64,000 bases of DNA from Phoronis australis (GCA_002633005.1 NMRA01000039.1:1243095-1307094), one strand, 5' to 3'. Shown: positions 25,088 to 37,690, counted from the first letter of the stretch. Notes: a model not told the origin generated them from the letters alone. Made by a program: numbers and translations.

Positions 25088-25276
25088 TCAGTCTTCGTTC
25101 AGAATTTTCTCCTCCAAAATTTTGGAATCTGCCTCCAGATGGCTCTGCATATCGCTTAACTGACGTTTTAGATGAGACAGATCTGACTGTAAGGACAGGA
25201 TTCGTTCTCGGGTTTGTTTAATGTCGTCCTCGGATTCCTCTTCCGTAAACACCAAGTCATCCTTATCGTTGACATC
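25088..25276 (-). CDS. Putative terminal exon (acidic + coiled-coil) of a nested antisense gene or pseudogene
   Basis: TTTTAACAG acceptor; DVNDKDDLVFTEEESEDDIKQTRERILSLQSDLSHLKRQLSDMQSHLEADSKILEEKILNED*, with heptad-like Leu/Ile spacing. Confidence 0.45.
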   Translation of the reverse strand, partial: DVNDKDDLVFTEEESEDDIKQTRERILSLQSDLSHLKRQLSDMQSHLEADSKILEEKILNED

Positions 25277-26363
25277 CTGTTAAAATAATGAAAATGGAAA
25301 TTAGTTTCTTTGATTTTTCAGTGCTTTGTCTGATATAAGTATGGATTACAATCAGCGGCTGTTATGACAGTACCCGGCCACAATCGTGCATTAATTCAAT
25401 ATAACATTCATTATTGACATTTCCCATAACTTTTTAGTTATCGAGAATAGCAATTTTCACATTTAGATTTGCAATATTTTGTACTACAACAACGAATACA
25501 AGCATAAGCAGATTCTTAAAGTGACGTTAAACCGACCTTCCGTCACAAAAACAACTTTTGATTTACACCACTTTGGCCTAACGTTATGAGATTAGTTTCG
25601 AATTGTTCTTCAGTCAAAATAGAAGCAATTGCATGGTTCGAAAGAGCTAACTGTTCATTATTGCTAGAGACCTTCCTCTACAAGTTGTCTTGTCACGGCG
25701 TGTCATTTTACGCACCGAGCAAGATCTCAAGGAATAACGAAGTACCAGTTATTACAAACCCATGAAACGCAATTCTTTAACAGCAAGTGGTCTAAATAAC
25801 AAAATTCGCTCCTTGGGCGTAACACGATCGACTTTGTAGCCCATCCCGATGTCACGTGGGTACTTTCGGATGTATTTAGTACGGGTTGCATAATTTGTAC
25901 CAACGGTTTTTTTTAAAACTATCGTTGAGCGCATTGAATAGCATTGGAAGCTCAACCTTTTTCACAGCACTTTGTACTTCCTCATTAGATTTGTACAAAA
26001 TCTGCTGTCATCAAGAAGCCTGTTTGTCAGGAACACTGACCTAACTTCGCTCCGTTTGCGTGGAGCAGGTCAGTACCGCATGAACGATTTGTCGTGGACT
26101 AAAACTGACGATTTTCCGAACTGTTTGGCCGCTGAAATGGAATTCGTCTTGAAAAGTTTGACTAGGATCATCCTCACCCGAAAAAACAAGATGAAAACTA
26201 CCAAAATAGATGCGTTAGGTTTCGATTCTCTGGTAGCCGTAACTCTTTGGTAAGTAGTTGGCCTGCGGGTCGTGAAGTCGAACAAAACGAGACAGCGGGA
26301 ACGCTCGCCGCGCCAGGACCAGATTGATGTCTGGATTTAGCTTCGATTAGAAACAGCTGTCAC

Positions 26364-26735
26364 CTGGAGTTGTAACCAAACGGAAGGTTTTTGAAATGGG
26401 TCGAATCCGATAAAAATCGTGTCCACTTTCACAGGACAATTTTTTAAGATGACACCGTTCTCATTTACCAGTAATTGCGCTGTGTCCAGTAAATCTTCAG
26501 GCATAATTTCGTCACTCGACGAAAGACTTTTTAAAACATTATCCAAAAGCTCAAGTTCATCAAATTTTTGCCCAGGGTTAATTAAAGGTCCGTCGAATAA
26601 TTTTTCGAGCTGCACCGCACTTTTGTCTTGAGGAAGGGGGGATGTTTCCTCGGACTTAGGTTTGGCAAGCTTTTGCTGTTCCTCCTCACTGTTGCCCTCT
26701 AACGGCGTGAATGGAAAACTCTGATCCTGGCCCAT
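26364..26735 (-). CDS. Putative exon of nested antisense gene or pseudogene (unknown protein)
   Basis: TTTTTCAG acceptor at 26738; 124 protein-like codons (MGQDQSFPFTPLEG...VWLQLQ). Weak phase-0 donor CAG|GTGACA is in phase with 25276, and a phase-compatible upstream exon lies at 26858-26915 (LLVHPQADDWYSDCLFSVR). Confidence 0.45.
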
Positions 26736-28114
26736 CTCTGAAAAAGTAATAGTGTGGTAATCATGAAATGGCGCCTAAACTTGTGAAGTCTATTAGGTTT
26801 GAACAGTCATATGTTTGGAATAAAGTGCGGATGTTTTGCAAGAAATACGAAAATTACCTCTCACCGAAAACAAACAGTCCGAATACCAGTCGTCTGCTTG
26901 CGGATGGACTAGCAACTATTGCTAGAATGACACTATGCACAAAATAGCCACCTACCTTATGCAAGTAGCTGAAACAATGTTGCAGTAACTTAATCTTTAC
27001 TTCAACATTTGAATTCATAAGACTTAATTCCAGAGGCACACGTACTTGCAATTTTGAAGTTTATTAACTGCATGCTACTAGCTTGCAGGAAGAAATTCAC
27101 TGATAATCACATTTTTCGAATAGTGAAGGGTTTCTCAAACAATTCATAATGAACATATAGTTAAAAGCTAAATTTGTTGATAGCAGTCTGGTAAAGTAAC
27201 CTAACGAAAACCGCGGGAATATAAATGTTTTTATTTTTTTTATCCGTTGGTTCATTCTTCGATTCCAACTGCTTATCTGATCCCGGTTTTCTGAACAACA
27301 CTTTAACGTTTGCTGCTGTTGTGGTGTAAGCAGTTTTGGACAATCCTCAGGGAACACCGTTATACTAGTGCCCGTAACACCAGGTGGCGCATAAGTTCGA
27401 AATATTCATCACTGACACCGCCCGAAGTACATAAGGGCCCGTTCCGTATCGTAAGCGAAAGCCAGTGAGAGCATGCGCTTTGACTTGTAATTCAAAGCGA
27501 TATCTCGCGAAAATTTGCGTAATCTCGCCAAGCTCGCGAGAGACTAATATAACCGAAGCTCCTTAAAATCAAAAGATACAACATGTTGTCGATTTTACTG
27601 CTACAAGATATCCGGCCGTTCACAATAGAGCCTGCCAGACACTTAACATGTACGTTGTTTATGTAATTCAGTCCTGTAAAGTTCCAATGAAATATCACCG
27701 CAACTTGGGAAACTACTGGAACTGATAGCGAGAAAAAACAAATTCAAAACTCACACTAACGTCCAGCTATGGTCTCAAGATTTTGTCGAGGGGTCGACAA
27801 GAGACCAACTTGGGCTGTTTGAGAGTCCACAAGTGACCGCGGCGGGACTAGGGGTCCAGACCTTAGATTCCCTCCAAATCCGCGCCCAACGACGGAGGTT
27901 AGAGAGAATCTTGAATCTTTATATTTAAGCTTACCTTTAAAAAAGCATGGTTCCTTGACCAGCCATGGAAGTTCATTGGTGAGAGTATTATCTTCTCAGT
28001 GTTATTGTACGTTCTCACTGGGCCACTGCGAAACAAATTGGGGTTAAAACAACGATTATCGCACATATGTATGTTTATCAAAATATGCTCTCAAGGCTTG
28101 TGACGTTTTCACAG

Positions 28115-28255
28115 GGTGACGCATACGTCGAACTTGTTTTCGGTCACTCGGATAGTGAACTTACTGGCGGATGTTTCCGACTCAGCATCAAACTAAGACT
28201 AATCATTGATGATGAGGATAATGATGTTGACGAGAATGACGAAGATGACCTTTGA
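28115..28255 (+). CDS. Putative terminal exon with acidic tail (partner of 22132-22251)
   Basis: TTTTCACAG acceptor, phase 0; GDAYVELVFGHSDSELTGGCFRLSIKLRLIIDDEDNDVDENDEDDL*; ATTAAA ~60 nt downstream. Confidence 0.4.
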   Translation, partial: GDAYVELVFGHSDSELTGGCFRLSIKLRLIIDDEDNDVDENDEDDL

Positions 28256-28401
28256 GCTGTGAATATATTCAAGTCGCTAACGACGCATACATTTTCCGAG
28301 TCCAACTTTTTAATTAAATAACAAAACGACCTGGCTGCAAAACGATTTTAATATGCATAAACAACAATACACCTTTTACAGCCTCCGAAATTAGTCTTTA
28401 C

Positions 28402-28554
28402 CAGGGGCGTATGCAGGATTTTCAGTTAGGGGGGCCAGGCCAAAGTATTAGCCAGGATTTTGCCCGTCGGACATACGCACCCCCGAATTGTCAAATGGAA
28501 TCTGGGAGATTTTTTTTGGGGGGAGGGCATGGCCCCCTTCTAAATCCGCCACTG
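28402..28554 (+). mobile_element. MITE family A copy
   Basis: CAGGGGCGTATGC...AAATCCGCCACTG, perfect TSD TTTAC. Confidence 0.8.
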
Positions 28555-28876
28555 TTTACCGTTTGGTTTAGATTTACTTTAGCTAATTAACTTTATAGGA
28601 CATCTGTTTCATAATTACGACCTAATATGCTGATTTACTCGAACAAACTCGTTAAAAATTTCCTTGCATGATACAAATTGGTTTCTATCACAGAAAAGAG
28701 TTTAAAAAATAGCCTTGGATTGAAATGATGCAGCACAACCTGAATGAACCGGACTCTCTCAAAACTGATATCTTTTAGACACTTTTCCTTACGAGTCGTG
28801 AATTAGGTGTTTAAACTGTAGTTTCTAGCGTGGTATGGAACATTTTGAAAGATTTTTCGCATGATTAAGTAACCTG

Positions 28877-29201
28877 GGCCCGGGTTCTAATTTTTTGTGC
28901 AAACTCAAGATAAGTTTCTATTATTCTATGCTCGAGTACGTAATGACTTACGTGGATAATTTTTTAATCCTAGTTTGCAGTTGATAAACCCAACATTAAG
29001 GCTTAAAGTTCAAGTTTTTACTCGAGTTTGTGGCACGAATGTTAGGGTCATCAAGTGCAAGAAACTCATAAGCGTAAACTATAATGTATTTCAGCACAGT
29101 CTAATAAACACTTATCTTGAGTTTGCACAAAAGGAGTAGCAGAGAAATTGCCCAAAAATAATTTTGAGTTCGTGTCGAGCACAGAAATTAGATTCCGGGC
29201 C
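28877..29201. mobile_element. PIF/Harbinger-like MITE
   Basis: TIR GGCCCGG...CCGGGCC with a 3-bp CTG duplication on both sides; second copy at ~10815-11222. Confidence 0.6.
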
Positions 29202-30017
29202 CTGGAGTAGTACGGCATGCTTTGCGTACTCTGTACTGGCGGAGTCTCGCTGGTTCCCAACGTGCCTAGGCAGCACGCTAGCTACCGACCACCTAGCGGT
29301 ACGCAGGGAACCAGTGAGCTGGCGGAGTAAGCAGGAAACGGAGTCGCCCTCCCTCCAAATTTAGACGAGGGTCCCCGTTTTATCGCCGTTTTTCACAATT
29401 CCCCGACTTTTGAAAACCTGCCAAACACTCCCAAATTTTCAAAACTCTGGCTATCGTAAAAGGTAAAATGCTGAACAAATTTACTTCCTGTAACCGACAT
29501 TCGGTACTTTTTCGTTGGGACGAGTTTCATCGGTAGATAAAATGCATACGGTATTTCTTCAGATAGTTTGCCCTAAAATATTTCGAATGTTCTCAAAGGA
29601 TTTCTGCAGTTATAAAATAAGTGAATATACGACGTGTAGTGTTATTGCGGCTACAGAATACAAAGATAAAGAACTGGGAGATTTCCTGTTCACTTTGAGA
29701 ATTTTTGGCAAAGAAAATGCCACGTTTCCACTATATATTGTGTGCTACCCTACACTACACTAAGCACATAGCGCAGACAACGTATATTACAAGGTTAATA
29801 TAAGCCTATACGCTTTTTAGTGCACCCTGTAATGTAAGTGTTTTGTAGCTCTAAGAGATAGCGTGCCAACATTTCGTATTATGCATCGTCGACATACTTG
29901 GAAGCCATAGACATCTGCTTTCTAACAAAAAGAGTAATTAAAGAGAGCATTCACCTTCTCCGATATCATCTAGCATTTATAGCTGCATGTCGCCAATAGC
30001 CAGTTGTTGGCGTACCA

Positions 30018-30344
30018 TAGAATCATACGCAAGTGGGCATCACATCTTACGCACGAACCACTTACGAATCATGCGTACGAAACCATGAACCGCGCATACG
30101 AACCCAGAAATCACGCATGCGAACAAACATCATACGCACGAGCATCCGAATCAAACACGCAAACCACCTGGCTATCGTGCGTGTGATTCAATGCTGGTGC
30201 GGTCACTATGTATGATTTTTGTGCCGGGTTCGTATGCGTGATTTTTTGGATTCGTTTGCATGATTCACGCGTTCGTATGCACGATCCATACGTTCTAGCT
30301 GGTTCGTGCGTAAGATGCGATCATTGTGCGTTTGCCGTATTCTA
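30018..30344. repeat. Foldback (long imperfect palindrome) element with subterminal repeats
   Basis: Left arm TAGAAT...CATCTTACGCACGAACCA with repeated GCATACGAAC units mirrors right arm GTTCGTATGC...TGGTTCGTGCGTAAGATG...ATTCTA. Confidence 0.7.
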
Positions 30345-30517
30345 CCCGAGTTGGTTAACGTTACTTTTGAACTGAAAATAGTTTTGATGGTTATGTAGGA
30401 CCCAAGAAAAATGTCCAAATTTGGCTTACTTCGAAACATCATGTCACAGAAACGGTCGATTAGATTGATATCACTTTCAAACGGTTGCATTATGCACTGT
30501 TCCCAAATCGCTATTAA

Positions 30518-32121
30518 AGGAGCATGCCACCCAAAAAACAACCTAATTTGTATCAATTTAGATCGAGTAGTTCTACTCCATGACGACATGTACGGTTGCG
30601 TTACCTGACACCTGACGGCAGACGGAGGTATTGAAATTATCCAATGACGTCATCGGTTTCACACGCAGTCTGTTCAGCAGTTCACAACACGGGTTACAAG
30701 TATCAGCTTATCGCTTGAAGTCATCGTTTAACACCAATAAATCATCAAACTTCGATGTAAAACCCTTAAAAATACACAGAGTTCTTATAAAAACGTGTTG
30801 TTTTATTTCGTTCTTACGGATTTATTGGTATTTGGACACACCCTAGCCTACGATGTTCGGCAGGCCAATAAGGTCCGTAGCAGGAGTTTGGGGTAATTTC
30901 GAAGTATAAATACAAACAGGAGAACCTACTAGATCTGTGTTGTTTGGACTTGTGATTTTTTAGTTCTAAACACAAAACGCTTGTTATCCCCGCCAGTGGC
31001 TCGGAAACTTATCAGACATCACGAACATAAACCATCCAAAGTTCAGTAGAAATTAAACTTCCAGTCAAGAAATTTAGTGAGTCAAAGTAATGGGCACCTG
31101 ATTATGTTGGTGAATTAGCCACGAAACTGCAAATCTACTTACTCGTCGGGGGCCGCGAATTCAGGTTCCGCTTTGGCCACAGCACCGTCAGAGCAGGAGT
31201 TGTACATTGGCAATAAGTTATCTTAGTAATGTAAATGTAAATAAAGGTTCCCCTAACACCTGACCGTGGGATGGAAATCGAGTTGTTTCACAACAGTTTC
31301 TGCCAGCAAACACTAAATTAGCATGAGCTCATACGGCCTAGGTGTCCCGTCAATTAGTTCTTTTTTTGCACTGACCTAAAGCCGGTAACGCAGTGATTTA
31401 TTCATTGCTGGCTTTTCAAATCATTTGCACTCACGAACACTCCAAAGGCATTACAAATTGCATCTAGTGAGACAGACTTTGTTTCAGTTTTATATAAGTA
31501 TTGGTTAGGTTGAGAATAATTCATTTTGAAACGGAACGCTCAGTAATAAACGCCAACAAGATGGCAACTCGCAATCCCGACTTAGTAGGACGAGCTAGAG
31601 CTCATCGGTCCCGACTTGGCAGGTGGATCGTTAAGTTTTACAGGCTATCAATACGAACAGGAATACAGTGATGAAGAAATACTAGAGGCGCCGTGAACAA
31701 GCTCAGACAACGGAAAGTATGGAGTTATTTGTTAAGCCGGCATTCGTCAGGCACTGTCGACGTCTGCAGGCCACAGACACGGAGATGTTTCACGGCCTCA
31801 TACTTGCTATTTACAATCTACATTCCATTCTTCGCTACTGCGATCCCAATCCTAAACATTTCGGACTCTCGAGGAAGTCGAAAAACGATATACCCGCTTT
31901 CCTTGCAATTGCATAGTTCGCACAAGCGGGAACGATGCACCGCAACATAGCGGCATTCACTCTGCATAAGAACCATTGACGTCGCTAGCGTCGTTTCTCA
32001 CCTTCCTCACAGGTTAACACGACACCTCTTGGCAAGGTAAGGTCGACAGTATGCGAGGCGATGTGGATATAGACCGATTAAGACGGCAAAAAAGACTAAT
32101 TAAATCTGGTGGCATTCTCCT
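30518..32121 (+). mobile_element. Non-autonomous Kolobok-type DNA transposon, copy 1
   Basis: TTAA|AGGAGCATGCCACC...GGTGGCATTCTCCT|TTAA. A TTAA TSD with purine (AGG) termini fits Kolobok rather than piggyBac (CCY termini). No transposase ORF. Confidence 0.85.
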
Positions 32122-33464
32122 TTAAGGCCATTAAAATATAGGACTGTTACGTTTTTCATAAACCTTTAAAGTTGCATAAAAAGAAAACAAATTGATATTT
32201 TAGAAAACTGTAATAGCGAGTTTGAGTTCTAACATTCACATTAAATAAAATTTGATCATGTTATTGATACCGTTGTTTTGCTATCAATGTACCTTTCTTT
32301 TTTGTTAACTTTCAATAAAAAATATGGTCAAAACCTCAGGGGGCCAGCTTGAAAACTGTGGCGACCAGGGAAAGTGACACGTATTGATGTCGACGGCATA
32401 TTTTGTACTACTCGGTCGACAATATGGGTCTAGTGCGGCAATGTATGTCACAACACAACCATTGATGGCGATGGGGGAAGGCCGGGGGCAGTTAGAAACT
32501 TGACATGAAAGAAGCAATAAGCCATTTAAGAGAAATGGCATTTTTTAATTTAAGGAAACGAAATATCACCGCAGCAATCAGTGCTTGTGAGAGTAACGTC
32601 AAGACTTGTTCCATTAAAAAATGCTGCCTCCGCAAGGATCAACGTCTGGTCTGGAGCTCGATATATGAGCGTCAGTTTTGAGATGAATAGGCAACACTGG
32701 CATTGTAGAATTCACAGTTTTTATGAAAATTTTCTTCGCCGAGAAAAGTGATATGCTTTACGTAAAAATATTGTAAATTAATTTTTTCAATGTCGTCTTT
32801 GGGCCACCGTAGATACGTCTCCACATTGCACTGACCTACATGACTTTCAACTATGCTAGACTTGTTTGGCGTTTACGTGGTACCGGCACATTGTAATTTT
32901 ACTAATTTTTCCATTCAAAAATTAAATTACGCACATGAAAGCTAAATTAATGGTTATTTATAGTTATTGCAGGAAACACTTTAATAACAGGATGGTGGTG
33001 AGCGGCAAAGCTTTTAGATGTGGGTGGTATTTCGTTGAGTGTCGAGTAATACCGAGGAACGGTTCGAATACCGTGCTCAAGACCATGCACCTTCAGGCAA
33101 GGCATGGATCAAGGGACTGTTCTACTATAAGTGTTACGTTTTTGAGTAAATTCTTATCTATCTTATCCTTACTCAAATTCTTGAAGCCATATTTCGCCAT
33201 GTTAACCTGAGTAAAAAACAAAAATCGAATTAGGCTTTGTTGCTACGAAAGTCGATCTCACAATAGACCTTACAATAACAGGACCCAATTTCCGTTTTAA
33301 CGGTGTTAAAATACGAACGACAGAAACCATCAGCGACTCAAGGCTTCAGAGTACATTGACTTGGGGTTGAGCAGCCCTAAAATTTAAAATGGCTCATGTT
33401 AGCATTGCCTGTAACTCGAGCTGGTAACGGAAATAGAATCTTATTAGGGTAAAGAGTGAGACCA

Positions 33465-33747
33465 GGCGTGCGTTCAGTAGACGCTAGGACCTAGCTAAAA
33501 CCTAGTCAAAGTCACGTGCTCTGATTTAAAATGCACGGCAATGTCTCACGTAATCTCGCGAAGTCTTGCTTTTTAGCGAGGTCCTAGCGTTACTGAACGG
33601 GAGGCAGGCTTACGTTCAGTAACATTAGGACTTCGCTAAAAAACAAGACTTCGCGAGATAATAGAGATATTGCGGTGTATTTCAAATGAGAGCACGTGGC
33701 TTTGGCTAAATTTTTAGCTAGGTCCTAGCGTTACTGAACGCACACCG
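33465..33747. repeat. Two ~130-bp MITEs in inverted tandem, forming one large palindrome
   Basis: CGTTCAGTA.AC..TAGGAC...GTCCTAGCGTTACTGAACG at ~33470-33599 and again, inverted, at ~33613-33741. A partial relative lies at ~41384-41480. Confidence 0.7.
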
Positions 33748-34183
33748 GCTTTGTTGGTGTAAAAGTTATAATCGGACTATTAATTTTAAGCTAGCTAAAC
33801 AGGGCGAAATGCAACTTCAAGCGTGTTTCACAATGTAAGTACTCAGTTTAAAAACAGTCATTCTCGGAATTCTTATGGTGAAATTACCTCAAATTTGAAG
33901 GCAGGTAACTTAAATTTTTGTCACAGATACATAAATTGAGATTGCATCTTCAAGGTAAAAGATAAATGATCCCTCGCGTGGTGGAGAATACCTGAGATCG
34001 TTATGTGACAGATTGACTCCCAGGGCATGCTGAGGCAAAGAGTTTTGGCCGGGGTCAGTGAAAAAATTGTTAAGATCACGGGGTTGGGTAGTTCCACTCA
34101 TGGGAAGTCCGAGACATCGCAAATTTATCTGAATGTGAACAGCTAATATAAAATGACTGTATTAGAAATACACATTAATTATA

Positions 34184-35068
34184 TTATGTTTCAGAAACTA
34201 TCACTATTTCATCAGTATTTTCTACATCAATGTCATCATCATCGCCAGCGTCTGACTGGTCTCGTTTATAGTGCGTTCTCATGTGTTTACTCAAATGATC
34301 ACTACGCATGAAACGCTTCCCACAGTCTTGGCAGGCGAATCTTTTTTCCCCAGTATGAGTCCGTAAATGTCGCTGTAGTTCATCTGAGCGCGTGAAACTT
34401 TTCCCGCAGAACAGCCAATTGCATACAAAGGGTCGCTCGCCATTGTGCCAGCGAAGATGTGCCTTCAAATGAGACGTTTTGCCGTAAACCTTTCCGCATC
34501 CGCTAATGTGACAGATGTGTTCTTTTCTCTTGCTGGACGATGATTGGCTGGGATTTTGGCAGTTTGGACAACGACACCTTCTACATCGTCTGGCCGATGC
34601 AATGGTCGGTTTGTTCGGTGACAAAAATGAAGTTATCCGAGTTTCCATCGGGGGCGGAGAAAAAAGTGAATGAGGATGAATGGTGAACGACATAGGTGAC
34701 GTCATTTGTGAGGGATATGTGCACTGCTGAATGTTCGACTCTATGCTCCACCACGGTTCGACTTCTGGCGACCTCTGTGGAGACGTTATGCAACAGTTCT
34801 TGTGTACCGGCGAAAGACACGGCGGAACAAAAGTCTGCGACAGTGAAGACTTATAAACTTTGGCCTGCAAATCACAATGCAGCGTTTGATGAAGAGGGGG
34901 CTGTAACTGTGATAAGGGGGGCGAACATGGCGCCACCAACGGTTCATTCTGACATGACCATGGCAGCGACGGCACAGCGGAAGTTCCGAATCGCGAACAA
35001 GGCGACAGCATACCTGATCCGACCAGTGAAATCGGCGACGGCCTCGCTATTGTCGACGACAACGTGTT
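34184..35068 (-). CDS. SP5: Sp5/buttonhead-like zinc-finger transcription factor, exon 2
   Basis: Buttonhead box [12 protein letters not shown] followed by three Sp-type C2H2 fingers ([54 protein letters not shown]). Degenerate Sp box near the start; acceptor ATTTCAG at 35069. Confidence 0.93.
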   Translation of the reverse strand, partial: NTLSSTIARPSPISLVGSGMLSPCSRFGTSAVPSLPWSCQNEPLVAPCSPPLSQLQPPLHQTLHCDLQAKVYKSSLSQTFVPPCLSPVHKNCCITSPQRSPEVEPWWSIESNIQQCTYPSQMTSPMSFTIHPHSLFSPPPMETRITSFLSPNKPTIASARRCRRCRCPNCQNPSQSSSSKRKEHICHISGCGKVYGKTSHLKAHLRWHNGERPFVCNWLFCGKSFTRSDELQRHLRTHTGEKRFACQDCGKRFMRSDHLSKHMRTHYKRDQSDAGDDDDIDVENTDEIVIVSET

Positions 35069-36413
35069 CTGAAATAAATGTAAAAAAAATCTGCCGTATA
35101 ATACCCAGTTGCACTTAAAACTATATTCAACAATAAACATCAAGTTACATGATATGGGAGAAAAGGAAACTGGTTTAATAAAAATTCCACTTTATATTTG
35201 AGTTGATTTTATAATACAATGACATTATAATCAACAATTCTATAGTAGATTTCTGATTTGATAATTAATAAAAACACTATTTTTTTTGCTCTGCAATGAG
35301 TAACATTTTAAAGCTTAAATTAGGTATTTATAGAAAACATTTACTGCATTTTACATGAAGTGTGTCTAATTTGATCTTACACACCGGCTTCACAATTACG
35401 CTCCCGGTCACAATTACCGAATAAAGGTTTAGCCATTAGTAACTATGAGACCATTAGTCTAGAAATAGTTTGTAGAAATTATCTCAGTAACCAGCAGTTA
35501 CGCGTATATTCTCAGAGTATTTGTGCTTTTGCTCAAGTGAGATTCAATTATTTTTAAAAATGGTTGTTTGGAGCGCAAGACCAAGTTTCTCACGAAGCCG
35601 ACTAAGTATTCAACCAAATGCATTAGATGTGCTCTTTCCCATGCGGAGAAAAATGTCACAATATCGAGAGACAAATAGAAGATTTATTCTCACTTTAGCA
35701 TAGAAAATGAAGAGCGTTAAGTTTATGCTTTACAATCAACAAGTAAGGTAGTGTAGCTCCACTAGCCAACATTCAATGGAAATCGGTCAGATTTTATTGC
35801 AGAGGTTGAGGCACATTTAAGTTAATTCAAATCACACAAGAAAATTTTTATTTCATATAAAGTGGCATATGGATATAAAGTCATCTTAAGAATAAAAATG
35901 CTAGTTTTTGATAATTTCTGCAACATTGGAAACGAACACCAGTGTTATACCTTCATGCAGCCGCTGCACGGTGTTTGGAAAATCAAATCACGACATGTTT
36001 GAAAACTTCTGGCCCATCTTTAGAGTCCTGAGCCATATTTAAAACATGAACCTTTTCTGGTTAACAAGACAAATGTTTCAAATAGTTTTGCATGCTGGTA
36101 CTTCTTTTTACCACCTTAGCTGTTACAACACCAGGCGGCCAGACCGTCTCGTTCACGAGTCGGCTCACACAGTACTATCAAACCACATGTCATTGAAATC
36201 GATGACATTTCGCGAGTCCGCTCAAAAATGGTTCGGCTGAGACAATTTGCGAGAAAGTGAAACTGATGAGGAAGTTATCAAAAAAATCAGGAATGGTCCT
36301 TTGGCAATGCTTTTGATGTCCGATATTACAAGTTATTAAATGCTAAACTTTTTCGTCTGAAAGAAGGCAGCTGGTTACACGGGAGCATAAACTGATGGGA
36401 TCTAAGGAAGAAT

Positions 36414-36674
36414 GATGCACGCACCCATAGGGGCTCGGGGGGGGGACTCGAACGAGCCCCCCATTTGGCGAAGTGGGCACAAAGTCCGCCTCTGAGAAAC
36501 AAAAACTCTGGAAAAAAGTTTTAAAAAACACAAAAAACGAAACATAAGTCCACCAAAAGTAAAGGATTTCCAAAATGCACAATTCATAGTTCTGAACATA
36601 CCCCGTGAATCTTAGTAAAAGGTCCACATTCTCAAAAATTCGAGCCCCGCATTTTTAGGCTGGGTGCGCGCATG
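36414..36674 (-). mobile_element. MITE family B copy in the Sp5 intron
   Basis: GATGCACGCACCCA...TGGGTGCGCGCATG; internal similarity to 3316-3657 and 44194-44334. Confidence 0.7.
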
Positions 36675-37155
36675 AAAATAGTGCGCTAATGTTGAGCTAC
36701 GAGAGTGGTATATTTAGCCAGTGAACGGAGTTCTCTGAAGATCAGGACGCGAAAACACAATTTGCAATTCGCCCCATGTTTGAATTTTTGCTGCATCAAG
36801 AAGTTTGGAACACGAATCTTGAGGAATATTACACTTTCCAGTTGGGAAAACCGGTTACCTTCAAATACAATATTAGTAGTACAAGCAGCATTAACAACAT
36901 TTACTCAGCAACATGTAAATGTACGAAACACAACGTTGTTACTTTGTTGATGGAAGACTTCTGGAAGGTTATCATTCACTAACAAGCGTTATACAGTTTA
37001 TTGCTCGGTTCTCAAAACCAGTCCCCACCAAAACAAAAGCGACGACTTGTCACCGGTAGGCGCAATTGGAAAACCATTTCAAAAACAAGCTGCAAGAGCC
37101 GAACTAAGCGATAATTCAAGAATTTTCAAGGTCACGAGGAAAACGGCAGTGTTAC

Positions 37156-37203
37156 CTGCAGGATGTGGATAGCGCTTTGCGATGGTAGCAGGATTGAAGT
37201 CAT
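37156..37203 (-). CDS. SP5: Sp5 exon 1 (MTSILLPSQSAIHILQ)
   Basis: Phase-0 donor CAG|GTAAC joins in frame to 35068, giving 310 aa. Size and the terminal ...LQ| mirror the short first exon of vertebrate SP5 (MAAVAVLRNDSLQAFLQ|). Confidence 0.8.
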
Positions 37204-37364
37204 CGTACACGATGGCTGTTTTGCAAAACCAGTCTCAATACTCAACAAAGCTTCAGAATTCTTCCGTCTATGAGAGATGTTGCGCCATTCCGTTCCAAGA
37301 CGGGAGTTGGTTCTCATCTGAGCACCACACCAAGAAAACCAAAGGAATATTTTTGCTGCCAGAC

Positions 37365-37690
37365 ACGAATATCAAAAGACACCGCCTCCCAATCAAAGCT
37401 TATAAAGGGCCTTTAATGATACCGCAATCCAATCATCGCAAGCCAGCGGGCCATTTGAAAGGAAATTAAAGCCCTTCTGTTCGCACGGGCTTCAGTTTAT
37501 GTTTGTTATTGTTGATAATGATGTGATTATGCTCGGTTATAAGGGGCCGTCCGGGGAGGGAAACTAATCAACACACACATACATGAATAATTGGATTTTA
37601 AAGATCAAAGGCGCCGACAATCAACTTTTGACTCCGTCATTGGTTAGGCGGGTCACGTGACACCGAGCTCATGCAGATCAAGGCTTCACA
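37365..37690. promoter_or_regulatory. Sp5 proximal promoter with TCF/LEF-like sites
   Basis: ATCAAAG at 37392-37398 and AGATCAAAG at 37602-37610, variants at ~37371 and ~37675, CCAAT box (ATTGG) and E-box CACGTG. A further ATCAAAG lies at 38718. Confidence 0.55.

Noticed and set aside
30631-30846. Duplicated small gene (with 43430-43648)
   Set aside because: Both ORFs have non-ATG starts and simply reflect the two copies of the same non-autonomous transposon.
35069-35143. N-terminal extension MMFIVEY... of Sp5 from the ORF track
   Set aside because: It is intronic; the acceptor at 35069 and exon 37156-37203 give the orthologue-like start. A second candidate mini-exon (ATGAAG|GT at 35956-35951) is unsupported.
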